Assembly: GCA_003220345.1 (NCBI GenBank)
Contig: QHSC01000080.1
Location: 5,999-69,998 of the forward strand
Source: Candidatus Rokuibacteriota bacterium
GTDB lineage: Bacteria > Methylomirabilota > Methylomirabilia > Rokubacteriales > CSP1-6
Direction: 5' to 3'
DNA: 64,000 bases
Shown: positions 11,511-20,820 of the stretch, in pieces
Position numbering within the stretch: the stretch's first letter is position 1
Layout of the letters: every line of letters begins with the position of its first letter
The notes under the pieces: model-generated
The model's input: the letters and a program-made list of their open reading frames with translations, nothing else
Databases searched by the model: none
Told to the model about the DNA's origin: nothing
Position numbers and translations under genes: made by a program

Positions 11511-12233
11511 CTAATTCAAGTACTTGGAAAGCCATAGACTGGTTAGATTCCAGGCTCCTGCCGCCGCGTCGGGATGAAAGGACGGCCGGTCGTCGCAGAA
11601 GAACCCGTGTCCCGCCCCGGCATACACTTTGACCTCGAACGTCTTCTTGAGCCGCCTGAGCGTGTCTTCCAGCCGGCGCACCTGGTCCATAGGGATCATG
11701 CGATCAGCCTCGCCGAAAAGGCAGAGCACAGGACACTGGATGCGTGCGGCGTCGTGGAGGGGAGCGGTCGGAGTGTCGGCGGCGATGCCGCCGCCATAGA
11801 AGGCAATGGCGACCTTGACGGCGGCGGGATGCCGACACGCCGTGAGGAAGGCGATACGTCCGCCCACACAGAAGCCCATGATCCCGATCCTGTCGCCGCG
11901 CACCTCCGCGAGGGACTTGAGGTGCTGGATGACCACGCCCATCTCGGCCATGAGAGCGGCATCGTCCAATCGCTGGATATAGCCCATGGCGCGAGACACG
12001 TCCTCATAGGCCACGATGGGGCTGCCGAAGCGGTAGAAGAAATCGGGCGCGATCGTCACGTAGCCCTCGCGGGCGACCCGCTCCGCCACGGCCTTGATAT
12101 GCGCGTTGAGCCCGAAGGCCTCCATCACCACGATGACGGCCGGATAGGGGCCGCCGGTCGCGGGCCGGCAGACATAGGCGGGCATGAGACCGTCGGCAGT
12201 GGGCAGCGAGTCCGTGTCTGTCCTGATGTCCAT
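11511..12233 (-). CDS. Dienelactone hydrolase family protein
   Basis: EAFGLN, GFCVGG nucleophile elbow, GAGHGF; true start ATG 12233. Confidence 0.93.
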   Translation of the reverse strand: MDIRTDTDSLPTADGLMPAYVCRPATGGPYPAVIVVMEAFGLNAHIKAVAERVAREGYVTIAPDFFYRFGSPIVAYEDVSRAMGYIQRLDDAALMAEMGVVIQHLKSLAEVRGDRIGIMGFCVGGRIAFLTACRHPAAVKVAIAFYGGGIAADTPTAPLHDAARIQCPVLCLFGEADRMIPMDQVRRLEDTLRRLKKTFEVKVYAGAGHGFFCDDRPSFHPDAAAGAWNLTSLWLSKYLN

Positions 12234-12244
12234 GGCCTCCCCCG

Positions 12245-13129
12245 CTACACGGTCAGGAGCTTGAGCAGATCCGACGTCAGATCGTAGAGCTGGGCGCAGC
12301 CGGCGGGGCCGCCGACGAGCGCCTGGATGCGCTTCCGGAGTCCCGCGTCCACCGTCTCCCCTCTGAGCGAGGCAATCTTGCCCTGGGGCTCGGTGCACAG
12401 GCCCTGATACGGGAGCCGTGAGGTGATGGAATCGGCGGCAGCGATGCGGCCGGACTCGACCTCGATCTCGTAGTGGATGTCGAAACCGTGGACATTGTCG
12501 TGCATGGAGTGGAAGCAGTGGAGCCGCGGGCCCGTGCGCACGAGCCGCAGCACTCTCTTGCGGACGAAGACGCGCGAGGCGCCGGGAGGCGGGCTGTAGA
12601 GGTCGGCCACCATGGGCGTAGTCACCTCTCGCGCCTCGAGCAGCGCGCGCCCCGCCTGGCTGTACGTGAAGCACGAGTCGGGAAGGTCGATCCAGCCCGT
12701 GGTGTCGAGATCCCAGCACGCGCGCGGGCCGCCCGTGGCCATGGCCGCCGTCGCCTCGCGCGGAAGCTTGGCGACCTGGCGAGCAAGCCGGGCGACCTCG
12801 ATGCCCGCGTCCACGAAGAAGCTCGAGCCGGCGCCCGCGCCGGCCAGAACGGTCAGCCGTCGCGCGAAGCCCGCCACCATCCGCGCGCCGCGGAGCTCGG
12901 CGAGCCGGGAGGCCGCCGCCCTGTCCATCCGGTCCGTGAGCGCGCGGGCGCGAGCCTCGCGCACCTCGTAGCCCGGAGACGGCGTGCACACCGCGCTGAG
13001 CTCGACGCCGAAGGAATCGTCGTGCACGCGCACGGTGTGGGTGAACGCGTCCTCGTGGGAATTGTCCACCCACCCTTCCACCACCCGCTCGTAGCGGTCG
13101 CGTCCCTGGAGGAGGGTCGAGCCGATCAT
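12245..13129 (-). CDS. DUF2889-like protein, apparently two repeats
   Basis: [26 protein letters not shown] resemble DUF2889. Confidence 0.6.
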   Translation of the reverse strand: MIGSTLLQGRDRYERVVEGWVDNSHEDAFTHTVRVHDDSFGVELSAVCTPSPGYEVREARARALTDRMDRAAASRLAELRGARMVAGFARRLTVLAGAGAGSSFFVDAGIEVARLARQVAKLPREATAAMATGGPRACWDLDTTGWIDLPDSCFTYSQAGRALLEAREVTTPMVADLYSPPPGASRVFVRKRVLRLVRTGPRLHCFHSMHDNVHGFDIHYEIEVESGRIAAADSITSRLPYQGLCTEPQGKIASLRGETVDAGLRKRIQALVGGPAGCAQLYDLTSDLLKLLTV

Positions 13130-15390
13130 GAGGCGGGGCCGGAGAGCGCCGGCGAGAACCGGCGAAGCCGGAGGCTGTTCGCGACGACCGACACGGAGGA
13201 GAGCGCCATGGCGAGTCCGGCCAGGATGGGCGAGAGCGTGATCCCCCAGAGCGGGTAGAGCGCGCCTGCCGCCACCGGCACCAGGAGCAGATTGTAGCCG
13301 AACGCCCAGGCAAGATTCTCCCGGATGATGCGGATGGTGTGTCGCGAGAGCAGGACGGCCGCGACGACGCCGGCGAGATTCCCGCTCATGAGGGTGACGT
13401 CGGCCGCCTCCATGGCCACGTCGGTGCCCGAGCCCATGGCAATGCCCACCGAGGCCTGGGCGAGAGCCGGTGCGTCGTTGATCCCGTCGCCCACCATGGC
13501 GACGAGCCGGCCCCCGTTCTCCTGAAGCCGCTTGATCTCGGCGGCCTTGCCGTCGGGCAGCACTTCGGCGAGCACGTGCTCGATGCCGGCCCCGCGGGCC
13601 ACGGCCTCCGCGGTGGGGCGGGCGTCGCCCGTCAGCATCACGACCTGCAGCCCAAGGGTCCTGAGCGCCCGCACCGCGCCGGGAGCTTCTGGCTTGAGCC
13701 GGTCGGCCACGGCGATCAGGCCGAGGGCGCGACCCCCCGCCCCCACGAAGACCGTGGTCTTCCCCGTCGCGGCCAGCTCACGTGCGGGAGCCTCGAGCGC
13801 GCTCACATCGATCCCGCGCGCCATCATGAAGCGGGCGTTTCCGAGAACGATACGCCCGGCGGCGTCCTGGGCCTCGACCCCGAAGCCGCCAAGTGCGCGA
13901 AAGCCGTGGAGCGGAGGCAGCGCGAGGCCACGCGTCTTGGCCTCGCTCACGATGGCTTCACCAAGCGGGTGCTCGGAGCCCTGCTCGACGGCGGCGGCGA
14001 CGGCGAGCACATCAGCCTCCTCCACGCCGGAGGCGGGCACCACGTCCGTCACCGTCGGCTTGCCCACGGTGAGCGTCCCTGTCTTGTCGAAGACCACGAC
14101 CTCCACCTTGTGGAGCAGCTCGAGAGCGGCAGCGCTCCGGATCAGCACGCCGAGCTCGGCGCCCCGGCCCGTGCCCACCATGATGGCGGTGGGGGTGGCG
14201 AGCCCCATGGCACAGGGACAGGCGATGACGAGCACGCCGACGGCGATCGTGAGCGCTCGGACGAAGACGGGGTCGGGCCCGAGCCAGAGCCAGGCGACGA
14301 AGGTCACGCTCGCGATCACGAGCACGACCGGGACGAAGACGGCGGCCACGCGATCGGCGATTCGCTGGATCGGGGCCTTTGAGCCCTGCGCCTCTTCGAC
14401 GAGCCGGACGATCCGCGCGAGCACGGTGTCGGCGCCCACCCGGGTGGCCCGGACGACGACGCTGCCCGTGCGGTTGACCGACCCGCCGACCACGCTCGAC
14501 CCTGGTCGCTTCTCCACGGGCAGACTCTCGCCCGTGAGCATGGACTCGTCGACGGTCGAAGCGCCTTCGCTCACCACGCCGTCCACGGGCACCCGTTCTC
14601 CCGGACGGACTCGCACCGTATCGCCCACCGCGATCTGCCCCGCGGGGACATCCACCTCCTGCCCGTCGCGGAGCACGCGTGCCGTCCGAGGCGAGAGGTC
14701 CATGAGGCGGCGGATGGCTTCGGAAGTGCCCCCCCGCGCGCGCGCCTCGAGCCAGCGTCCCGTCACCAGGAAGGTCATGAGGAGTGCCGACACCTCGAAG
14801 TAGTGCATGGCCCCCGCGGCCATGAAGGCGTGAGGCCACAGGGTCACCGCCACGCTGAAGAAATACGCGGCATTGGTGCCGAGCGAGACCAGCGTATCCA
14901 TGCTCGCCGAGCGGTGTCGGAGATCACGTGCGAAGCCCGCGTGAAACTGCCCCCCGACCCAGAACTGGACGGGCGTGGTGAGGACCCACAGAAGCCAGGG
15001 ATTTCCGAGCCAGGCGGGGGCCCACGTGAAGATCTCGCGCATGCCGCCGATGAGCACGGGCACGGAAAGGGCGGCGCCGACCAGGGCCTTGACGAGAAGG
15101 CTTCGATCCAGGGAGGCGCGGGCCGCGCGGTCGCGGGCCTCCGATTCAGGAGTCCGCTCGATTTCCTCGGGCACGGCGTAGCCGGCGCCCTCGACGGCGC
15201 GGCGCAGGGTCGCGAGATCGGCAGACTCCGGCCGTGCCCACACGGTAGCCCGCCCCGTGGCCAGGTTGGCGTTGGCGTCCTCGACGCCGGGGACGGCGCG
15301 CAGGGCCCGCTCCACCTTGCCAACGCAGGCGGCGCAGTGCATCCCCTGGACGGGAAGCTCCACTCGGGTCTTAGGCTCCGGGACGGCCAT
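13126..15390 (-). CDS. copA: Copper-translocating P1B-type ATPase
   Basis: GMHCAAC HMA domain, TGES, CPC, DKTGT, GDGIND, YN and MALSS motifs. Confidence 0.95.
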   Translation of the reverse strand: MAVPEPKTRVELPVQGMHCAACVGKVERALRAVPGVEDANANLATGRATVWARPESADLATLRRAVEGAGYAVPEEIERTPESEARDRAARASLDRSLLVKALVGAALSVPVLIGGMREIFTWAPAWLGNPWLLWVLTTPVQFWVGGQFHAGFARDLRHRSASMDTLVSLGTNAAYFFSVAVTLWPHAFMAAGAMHYFEVSALLMTFLVTGRWLEARARGGTSEAIRRLMDLSPRTARVLRDGQEVDVPAGQIAVGDTVRVRPGERVPVDGVVSEGASTVDESMLTGESLPVEKRPGSSVVGGSVNRTGSVVVRATRVGADTVLARIVRLVEEAQGSKAPIQRIADRVAAVFVPVVLVIASVTFVAWLWLGPDPVFVRALTIAVGVLVIACPCAMGLATPTAIMVGTGRGAELGVLIRSAAALELLHKVEVVVFDKTGTLTVGKPTVTDVVPASGVEEADVLAVAAAVEQGSEHPLGEAIVSEAKTRGLALPPLHGFRALGGFGVEAQDAAGRIVLGNARFMMARGIDVSALEAPARELAATGKTTVFVGAGGRALGLIAVADRLKPEAPGAVRALRTLGLQVVMLTGDARPTAEAVARGAGIEHVLAEVLPDGKAAEIKRLQENGGRLVAMVGDGINDAPALAQASVGIAMGSGTDVAMEAADVTLMSGNLAGVVAAVLLSRHTIRIIRENLAWAFGYNLLLVPVAAGALYPLWGITLSPILAGLAMALSSVSVVANSLRLRRFSPALSGPAS

Positions 15391-15393
15391 GGC

Positions 15394-15675
15394 TCAGCGC
15401 CCGCCGAAGCGCGAGAAGACTTCGAGGAGCTCGTCTACCTTCTTCTGCCTGTCCCGCGCCGAGCCGGATCGGATGGCGTCGGCGACGCAGGACTCGATGT
15501 GGCGCCCGAGGATCAGGCGCTGCACCTGCTCCACGGCGCCCTGCACCGCCGTCAGCTGGAGGAGGATGTCCACGCAGTACTTGTCCTCTTCGACCATGCG
15601 CTGTATGCCCTGCACCTGCCCCTCGATCCGGCGCAGCCGTCCCAGGGCCTTCGCCTTGCTCTCGTCGTCGATCAT
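15394..15675 (-). CDS. csoR: CsoR/RcnR family metal-sensing repressor
   Basis: RLRRIEGQVQGIQRMVEEDKYCVDIL...HIESC; directly upstream of copA. Confidence 0.92.
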   Translation of the reverse strand: MIDDESKAKALGRLRRIEGQVQGIQRMVEEDKYCVDILLQLTAVQGAVEQVQRLILGRHIESCVADAIRSGSARDRQKKVDELLEVFSRFGGR

Positions 15676-16475
15676 CCCGTCGTCTCCTGTTCGGGCAGTC
15701 GCCTCGAGGGACGCCTGGCCATGGTGCCCGCAATCAGCCACCAGCAGGCCAGCGCCGCCATCAGGTGCTTGAGAGTGTGTCCGCTCACCACGCCGCCCAT
15801 CGCGAAGATCCGGCCGTCGAGCACCTCGAAGATCTTGGCCGCCCCGTAGATGACGAGGACGACCACGATGTCGCCGCCGCGCGTGTAGCGGGCCGGGAAC
15901 AGCCAGAGCATCAGCGGGATGGCGAGCGCGGGGAAGAACTGGACCAGCACATAAGGTCGGAGATCGCCCGCCCCCGCCGCCTCGCTCGCGTGCCAGTACG
16001 CAATGCTGGCGAGGCCCGACGCGAGGAACACGGGCAGGAGGACGAGACCCGCGGCCACGCCGATACGCTCGGCGACCACGGCCGACAGCATGCCCATGAA
16101 GACGAGCGTCATGGGCAGCCGGTCCCACACGAGCCGGGCGTTGTCGGGAGCGGCGTGATACCAGGCCGAGCCCAGGCCCGTGAGGGCCACGCCGACGCAG
16201 ACCACCGCAAAGGGCCAGCGCTCCCGGGGATCGGTGAATGGATCGTCCCGCCCCCCGGCCGGCGCCGACACGACTCGGATCAGGCCCCAGAGGCCGACGA
16301 GGGGAAAGGCGAGATTGGACCAGACGTCGAGGCCGTGGGGAACGCCCCAGAGCGTGCGCCTGTCGGCAAAGCGATGGTAGGCGGGATCCTGGGCGATGCG
16401 CGGCAGGAGGGCGACCAGCGCCGTCGCCGCCACCGCGGCTCCCACCACCACTCCCACGCGAGCCCCTGGAGTCAT
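15672..16475 (-). CDS. Alkaline phytoceramidase-like (CREST family) membrane protein
   Basis: QDPAYHRFADRR, SNLAF, GSAWYH, LVWDRLPM, SGHTLKH. Confidence 0.8.
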   Translation of the reverse strand: MTPGARVGVVVGAAVAATALVALLPRIAQDPAYHRFADRRTLWGVPHGLDVWSNLAFPLVGLWGLIRVVSAPAGGRDDPFTDPRERWPFAVVCVGVALTGLGSAWYHAAPDNARLVWDRLPMTLVFMGMLSAVVAERIGVAAGLVLLPVFLASGLASIAYWHASEAAGAGDLRPYVLVQFFPALAIPLMLWLFPARYTRGGDIVVVLVIYGAAKIFEVLDGRIFAMGGVVSGHTLKHLMAALACWWLIAGTMARRPSRRLPEQETTG

Positions 16476-16489
16476 TCGCCAAGAACCAT

Positions 16490-16570
16490 GGGGGAGCGAC
16501 CGCCGGATTTCCCCGGGGTTGGCTCGGCTCGCCTTCGGCTGCGCCTCACACCGCATCCCCAGACCTCCCC
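16490..16570. repeat. Dispersed repeat family B copy 1
   Basis: 34-bp core 16516-16549 identical to 28196-28229; G-run/C-run termini. Confidence 0.8.
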
Positions 16571-16590
16571 GGGTTCGAGATCGGATTCGT

Positions 16591-16607
16591 ATACCCTACA
16601 GGGGTAT
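16591..16607. promoter_or_regulatory. CsoR operator
   Basis: ATACCCTACAGGGGTAT matches the TACC-N-GGGGTA CsoR box; overlaps an extended -10 (TGGTAGCAT) on the minus strand. Confidence 0.85.
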
Positions 16608-16643
16608 GCTACCACGCGCGGCCCGCCCCCGCGAGGGCGCCCC

Positions 16644-16994
16644 TCAGAGGTCGGGGAAGAGCGAAGGCTGGCTGGGGGAGATCGAGCGCTTTCGGCCGGC
16701 CGCGCGCTTGCCGCGGCCCGGCGCTTTGGCCGAGGGCTTCGGGCGCTCGCGCTTGGGCCGGGTCCAGCCCTTCTGGTGGGCGATCTTGTCGCCCTGCTTG
16801 ATGACGAGCAGATCGGCGAGGCGGGCCATGGGGTGGGCGATCAGGTCGAGGTACTTGTCCCAGTAGCGGGGTGTGTAGGCGAGCGTCTTCATCTGGTCGA
16901 GGGCGAGGGTGAGGGCGGCGCGGTCGCCCTTCCTCGCGGCCAGGCGCAGGAGATCGAGGACCCGGGCCCGGCTGATGCGCGACGGGCGAGTCAC
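16644..16994 (-). CDS. Hypothetical basic protein with C-terminal QPSLF motif
   Basis: GTG start overlaps the stop of the upstream metE-like gene (GTGA); fills the gap. Confidence 0.65.
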   Translation of the reverse strand: MTRPSRISRARVLDLLRLAARKGDRAALTLALDQMKTLAYTPRYWDKYLDLIAHPMARLADLLVIKQGDKIAHQKGWTRPKRERPKPSAKAPGRGKRAAGRKRSISPSQPSLFPDL

Positions 16995-18043
16995 GCGCGC
17001 CCCAGCTCGCGCCGGAGCATCCGCGCGGCCTCGACCATCGAGCGCAGTTTGGACACCCCGACCCACCGCGGCGTCTCCCAGAGCCCGCAGTCGGGCACGA
17101 GCCAGAGGCGCTCCGCGGGAACGTGCTTGAGAGCCAGCCGCGCGCGCTCCGCCACTTCCGCGGGTGTCTCGACGCGGAAGGCCTTGACGTCGACGACCCC
17201 CACCGCCACCTCGGCGTCGGTGGGGAACTCGCTCCACAGCTCGAGCTCGCTCATCTCGCGGTTGGCGTACTCGAACACGAACTGTTGCACGCGCGCGTCG
17301 AGGAGGGCGGGGAAGAGCGGCCGGTAGCGTCTCGGCGTGGCGAAGGAGTTGTTGTGAGCGTTGCCGAAGCAGACGTGGAGCGCGACCTTGGCGCGGACGC
17401 CCTCCAGGGTGGCATTGAGGGCCGAGACCATGGGGCGCGCCTCACCCTTGAGGACGCGATGCTTGCCCGCGGTCATGACGTAGTTGGGCTCGTCGACCTG
17501 GACGAAGTCGCAACCCGCGGCCACCAGGGCCTTGATCTCGGCGTTGACCACCGAGATCAGGTCCGCGATCAGGCTGTCCTCGGAAGCGTAGGGACCGCCC
17601 CGTCGCAGGGGGATGAGGAGGGTGATGGGGCCCGGCACGGCCACGCGCATGGGCCGGTCGGCGTGGGGGCGGGCGAAGCGGAACTCCTCCACGATGCCGA
17701 GACCCTGCGGCGCGCTGATGCGATCGACGACCTCGTAGGGGCAGTGCGCGTCGTAGTTGGGCGGGCCGAGGCGGCGCGGCACCGGGAGCGCCCGGATGCC
17801 CTGCAGGCGGTCGTAGAAGCCGCGGATGAAGGTGACCCGTCGCATCTCGCCGTCGGAGATCACGTCGACCCCGGCCTCCACCTGATCGCGGATGGCCAGG
17901 CGCACGGCGTCCTCGTACGCCTCCTGGAGATCGATGGGTCCGAGGCGATCGGCCTGCGCGGCCTCGCGGACGAGATGGATCCAGGAGGGCAGCCCGTGGC
18001 TGCCGCACACCGTGGTGGGGATGAGCGGCATGGCCCTCGTCAT
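16991..18043 (-). CDS. Cobalamin-independent methionine synthase II / MetE C-terminal-like protein
   Basis: ISDGEMRR, VQVDEP, HVC..E..PDCGL zinc ligands; single domain. Confidence 0.85.
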   Translation of the reverse strand: MTRAMPLIPTTVCGSHGLPSWIHLVREAAQADRLGPIDLQEAYEDAVRLAIRDQVEAGVDVISDGEMRRVTFIRGFYDRLQGIRALPVPRRLGPPNYDAHCPYEVVDRISAPQGLGIVEEFRFARPHADRPMRVAVPGPITLLIPLRRGGPYASEDSLIADLISVVNAEIKALVAAGCDFVQVDEPNYVMTAGKHRVLKGEARPMVSALNATLEGVRAKVALHVCFGNAHNNSFATPRRYRPLFPALLDARVQQFVFEYANREMSELELWSEFPTDAEVAVGVVDVKAFRVETPAEVAERARLALKHVPAERLWLVPDCGLWETPRWVGVSKLRSMVEAARMLRRELGRA

Positions 18044-18070
18044 GGCTCGCTCCCCTCTTCTGGGTGGAGG

Positions 18071-19624
18071 CTACCGGAAGGCGACGTCGTACTGCTCCCG
18101 CTGGTAGGACGGCACCGCCTGCACGGAGACCTTGCGGTCGATGGTGGCCTCCAGCCGCTCGAGCCCCTCGCGCTCGTCGGTTTCCAGGTGACGCGCGAGC
18201 TCGGGATGGGCGCGGATCACCGCCTCGCGCCCCGTCGCCTCGCGGGCCCCCGCCTGGACTTTGCGGAAGATCTCCGCGGCCAGGGTGGGATCCGAGCGGA
18301 CCACGCCGCTGCCCTTGCAGGTGGGGCAGGAGGCCGTGAGGAGCGACTGCAGCCCCTTGCGCACGCGCTTGCGCGTCATCTCCACGAGCCCCAGCTCCGA
18401 GATCTCGAGGACATTGGTGCGCGCCTTGTCGTCGACGAGGGTCTTCATGAGCGCGGCATAGACCTGATCACGATGCTCCGCCCTCTCCATGTCGATGAAG
18501 TCGATGATGATGATGCCGCCCAGATCGCGCAGGCGGATCTGGCGCATCACCTCCACCGCGGCCTCGAGGTTGATCTTGAGCACGGTCTCCTCGAAGTCGC
18601 GCTTCCCCACGTACTTTCCCGTGTTGACGTCGATGGCCACCAGGGCTTCCGTGTGGTCGATGACGATGTAGCCGCCGGACTTGAGCCACACGCGCCGCCG
18701 CAGCGCCTTGTCGATCTCCTTCTCGATGCCGGTGGCCTCGAAGATCGGCGCGGGCTCCTCCCAGAGCTTGACGCGAGAGGCCAGCTGGGGCACGAGGGAC
18801 TCCGCGAAGTGCAGGCACTTCTCGTAGGCGGCGGGGGTGTCGACGAGAAACTCCTCCACGTCCGCGGAGAAGAGATCGCGGACCACGCGGAAGGTCAGGT
18901 CCATCTCCTCGTGGAGCAGGGACGGCGCGCGGGCGGATTCGAATCGGCTCTGCACCTGACCCCAGAGCCGGGTGAGGAACTCGATGTCGGCCGCGATCTC
19001 CTGGGTCTCCTTCCCTTCGGCGACGGTGCGGACGATGAAACCGCCGGGGGGCGGGGGCAGCGACTTGACGATGTCCCGGAGGCGCTCCCGCTCGGCGTCG
19101 TCGTGGATGCGCCGGGAGACGCCCACGTGCCCAGATTGCGGCATGTACACGATGTACCGTCCAGGGAGAGAGACGAACGCGGTGATGCGCGCGCCCTTGG
19201 TGCCGAGCGATTCCTTGGAGACCTGGACGAGGACCTCCTGCCCCTTGCGCAGCATGTCCTCGATGGGCACCGTCGTCTCGCGCCGCGAGGCCTCGCGGTC
19301 TCCGTTCGCGCCCGCGCCGCGCTCGCTCTCGTCGAGATCGGCGACGTCGTCCTCGGCCTCGCTCTCGGGCAGGACGGCGCGCGGGTCCTCTCCCCGGCTC
19401 GCCGTGTAGTCGCCGGCGTAGAGGAAGGCGTCCTTCTGAAGACCGATGTCCACGAAGGCAGCCTGCATGCCGGGCAGGACGTTGGTGACGACGCCCTTGT
19501 AGATGTTGCCTACGATGGAGCGTCGACCGGCGCGCTCCACGTACAGCTCGACGAGCTGAGACCCATCCTGCACGGCGAGACGTGTTTCCGTCACGCCGGC
19601 ATTGACGACGATCCGCTTTCCCAC
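18071..19624 (-). CDS. rng: Ribonuclease G (Rne/Rng family)
   Basis: GNIYKGVVTNVLPGMQAAFVDIG, DVNTG, RLRDLGGIIIIDFIDM; follows rodA. Confidence 0.93.
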   Translation of the reverse strand: MGKRIVVNAGVTETRLAVQDGSQLVELYVERAGRRSIVGNIYKGVVTNVLPGMQAAFVDIGLQKDAFLYAGDYTASRGEDPRAVLPESEAEDDVADLDESERGAGANGDREASRRETTVPIEDMLRKGQEVLVQVSKESLGTKGARITAFVSLPGRYIVYMPQSGHVGVSRRIHDDAERERLRDIVKSLPPPPGGFIVRTVAEGKETQEIAADIEFLTRLWGQVQSRFESARAPSLLHEEMDLTFRVVRDLFSADVEEFLVDTPAAYEKCLHFAESLVPQLASRVKLWEEPAPIFEATGIEKEIDKALRRRVWLKSGGYIVIDHTEALVAIDVNTGKYVGKRDFEETVLKINLEAAVEVMRQIRLRDLGGIIIIDFIDMERAEHRDQVYAALMKTLVDDKARTNVLEISELGLVEMTRKRVRKGLQSLLTASCPTCKGSGVVRSDPTLAAEIFRKVQAGAREATGREAVIRAHPELARHLETDEREGLERLEATIDRKVSVQAVPSYQREQYDVAFR

Positions 19625-19641
19625 GGCAGCAGTCCCCAGTC

Positions 19642-19694
19642 CGGGGGCGGAGGCCCCCGATGAACGATGCGTGACCCGCCCCGCAGGGCGGGTC
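19642..19694. repeat. Pair of GC-rich REP-like hairpins
   Basis: CGGGGGC-GGAG-GCCCCCG and GACCCGCCC-CGCA-GGGCGGGTC between rodA and rng. Confidence 0.5.
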
Positions 19695-19698
19695 CCGG

Positions 19699-20796
19699 TT
19701 ACTGGAACTGCCGCATTCGCACCGAGAGAAGGAGTCCCAAAGCCATGAAGGACACGACCATGGACGAACCACCATAGCTCATCAGCGGCAACGGAATGCC
19801 CACGACGGGCAAGAGGCCCGTGACCATGCCCAGGTTGACGAGCGTCTGGGCGGCAAACAGCGCCGTCACGCCCAGCGCCACGATGCGCCCGCGCGCCTCC
19901 CTCGCGCTCAGCGCGATCTCGAAGCCCCGGAGAACCAAGAGCCCGTAGGCCAGGACCAGGACCAGGCAGCCGATGAATCCCCACATCTCGGCGAACACGG
20001 CAAAAATGAAATCCGTATGGCGCTCCGGAAGAAAGGCGAGGCGGCTCTGTGTGGCGCCGCTGATGCCCTTACCGAGGAGCTGACCGGAACCAATGGCGAT
20101 CTTCGCCTGAATCACATTGTACGCCGTTCCCAGCGGGTCGCGGAACGGATCGAGGTAGACGAGCAGCCGATCGCGCTGATACGGCTTGAGCGCGAGCCAG
20201 GCGAGCGGCATCACCGCCACCGCGCCCGCGGCCAGGGCCCCCAGGATGCGCAGCCGCAAGCCCATCCCCACGAGGATGGCCCCCAGGACGGGCACGAGGA
20301 CGAGAGCGGTGCCGAGGTCCGGTTGACGGACCACGAGCACGAACGGCACCGCCACGAGGGCCAGCATCCAGCCCAGGGTTCCCCGCGTCGTCTGCGGGGT
20401 GCTCCGGCGCCAGGTGAGCGCCCACGCCAGGGTGATGATGAAGATGATCTTGAAGAGCTCCGAGGGCTGAAAGGTGATCGGCCCCACGTGGATCCACCGC
20501 CGGGCCCCGGAGACCGTGCGGCCCAGCACGAAGACAGTGACGAGCAGGCCGACACCAAGGAGGTAGAGCCCGGGGGCGGCCCGGACGATGTTGCGGTAGT
20601 CGAGAGCGGCAAGGACGAGCAGGGCCACCAGCCCCACCCCGACCCAGACGAGCTGGCGCCAGGCGAGGGCGGGGCCGCCCCGCCCCGCGCCGAGATTGGA
20701 GAGGCACACCACGCTGAGGGTGACGAGAACGAACGCCGCCCCGAGCAGCGGCCAGTCGACATTTCGGAGGAGACGACGATCGAAGCGCAGGATCAT
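19699..20796 (-). CDS. rodA: Rod shape-determining protein RodA
   Basis: GARRWI, FQPSE, QPDLGT, LPERHTDFIF, SYGGS. Confidence 0.96.
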   Translation of the reverse strand: MILRFDRRLLRNVDWPLLGAAFVLVTLSVVCLSNLGAGRGGPALAWRQLVWVGVGLVALLVLAALDYRNIVRAAPGLYLLGVGLLVTVFVLGRTVSGARRWIHVGPITFQPSELFKIIFIITLAWALTWRRSTPQTTRGTLGWMLALVAVPFVLVVRQPDLGTALVLVPVLGAILVGMGLRLRILGALAAGAVAVMPLAWLALKPYQRDRLLVYLDPFRDPLGTAYNVIQAKIAIGSGQLLGKGISGATQSRLAFLPERHTDFIFAVFAEMWGFIGCLVLVLAYGLLVLRGFEIALSAREARGRIVALGVTALFAAQTLVNLGMVTGLLPVVGIPLPLMSYGGSSMVVSFMALGLLLSVRMRQFQ

Positions 20797-20820
20797 CACG
20801 GGATCACCCCCATTGCGGGA

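Noticed and set aside
11511-13313. 600-aa ORF as a fusion protein
   Set aside because: The N-terminal part is an alternative frame over the DUF2889 and copA genes; only 11511-12233 is the hydrolase.
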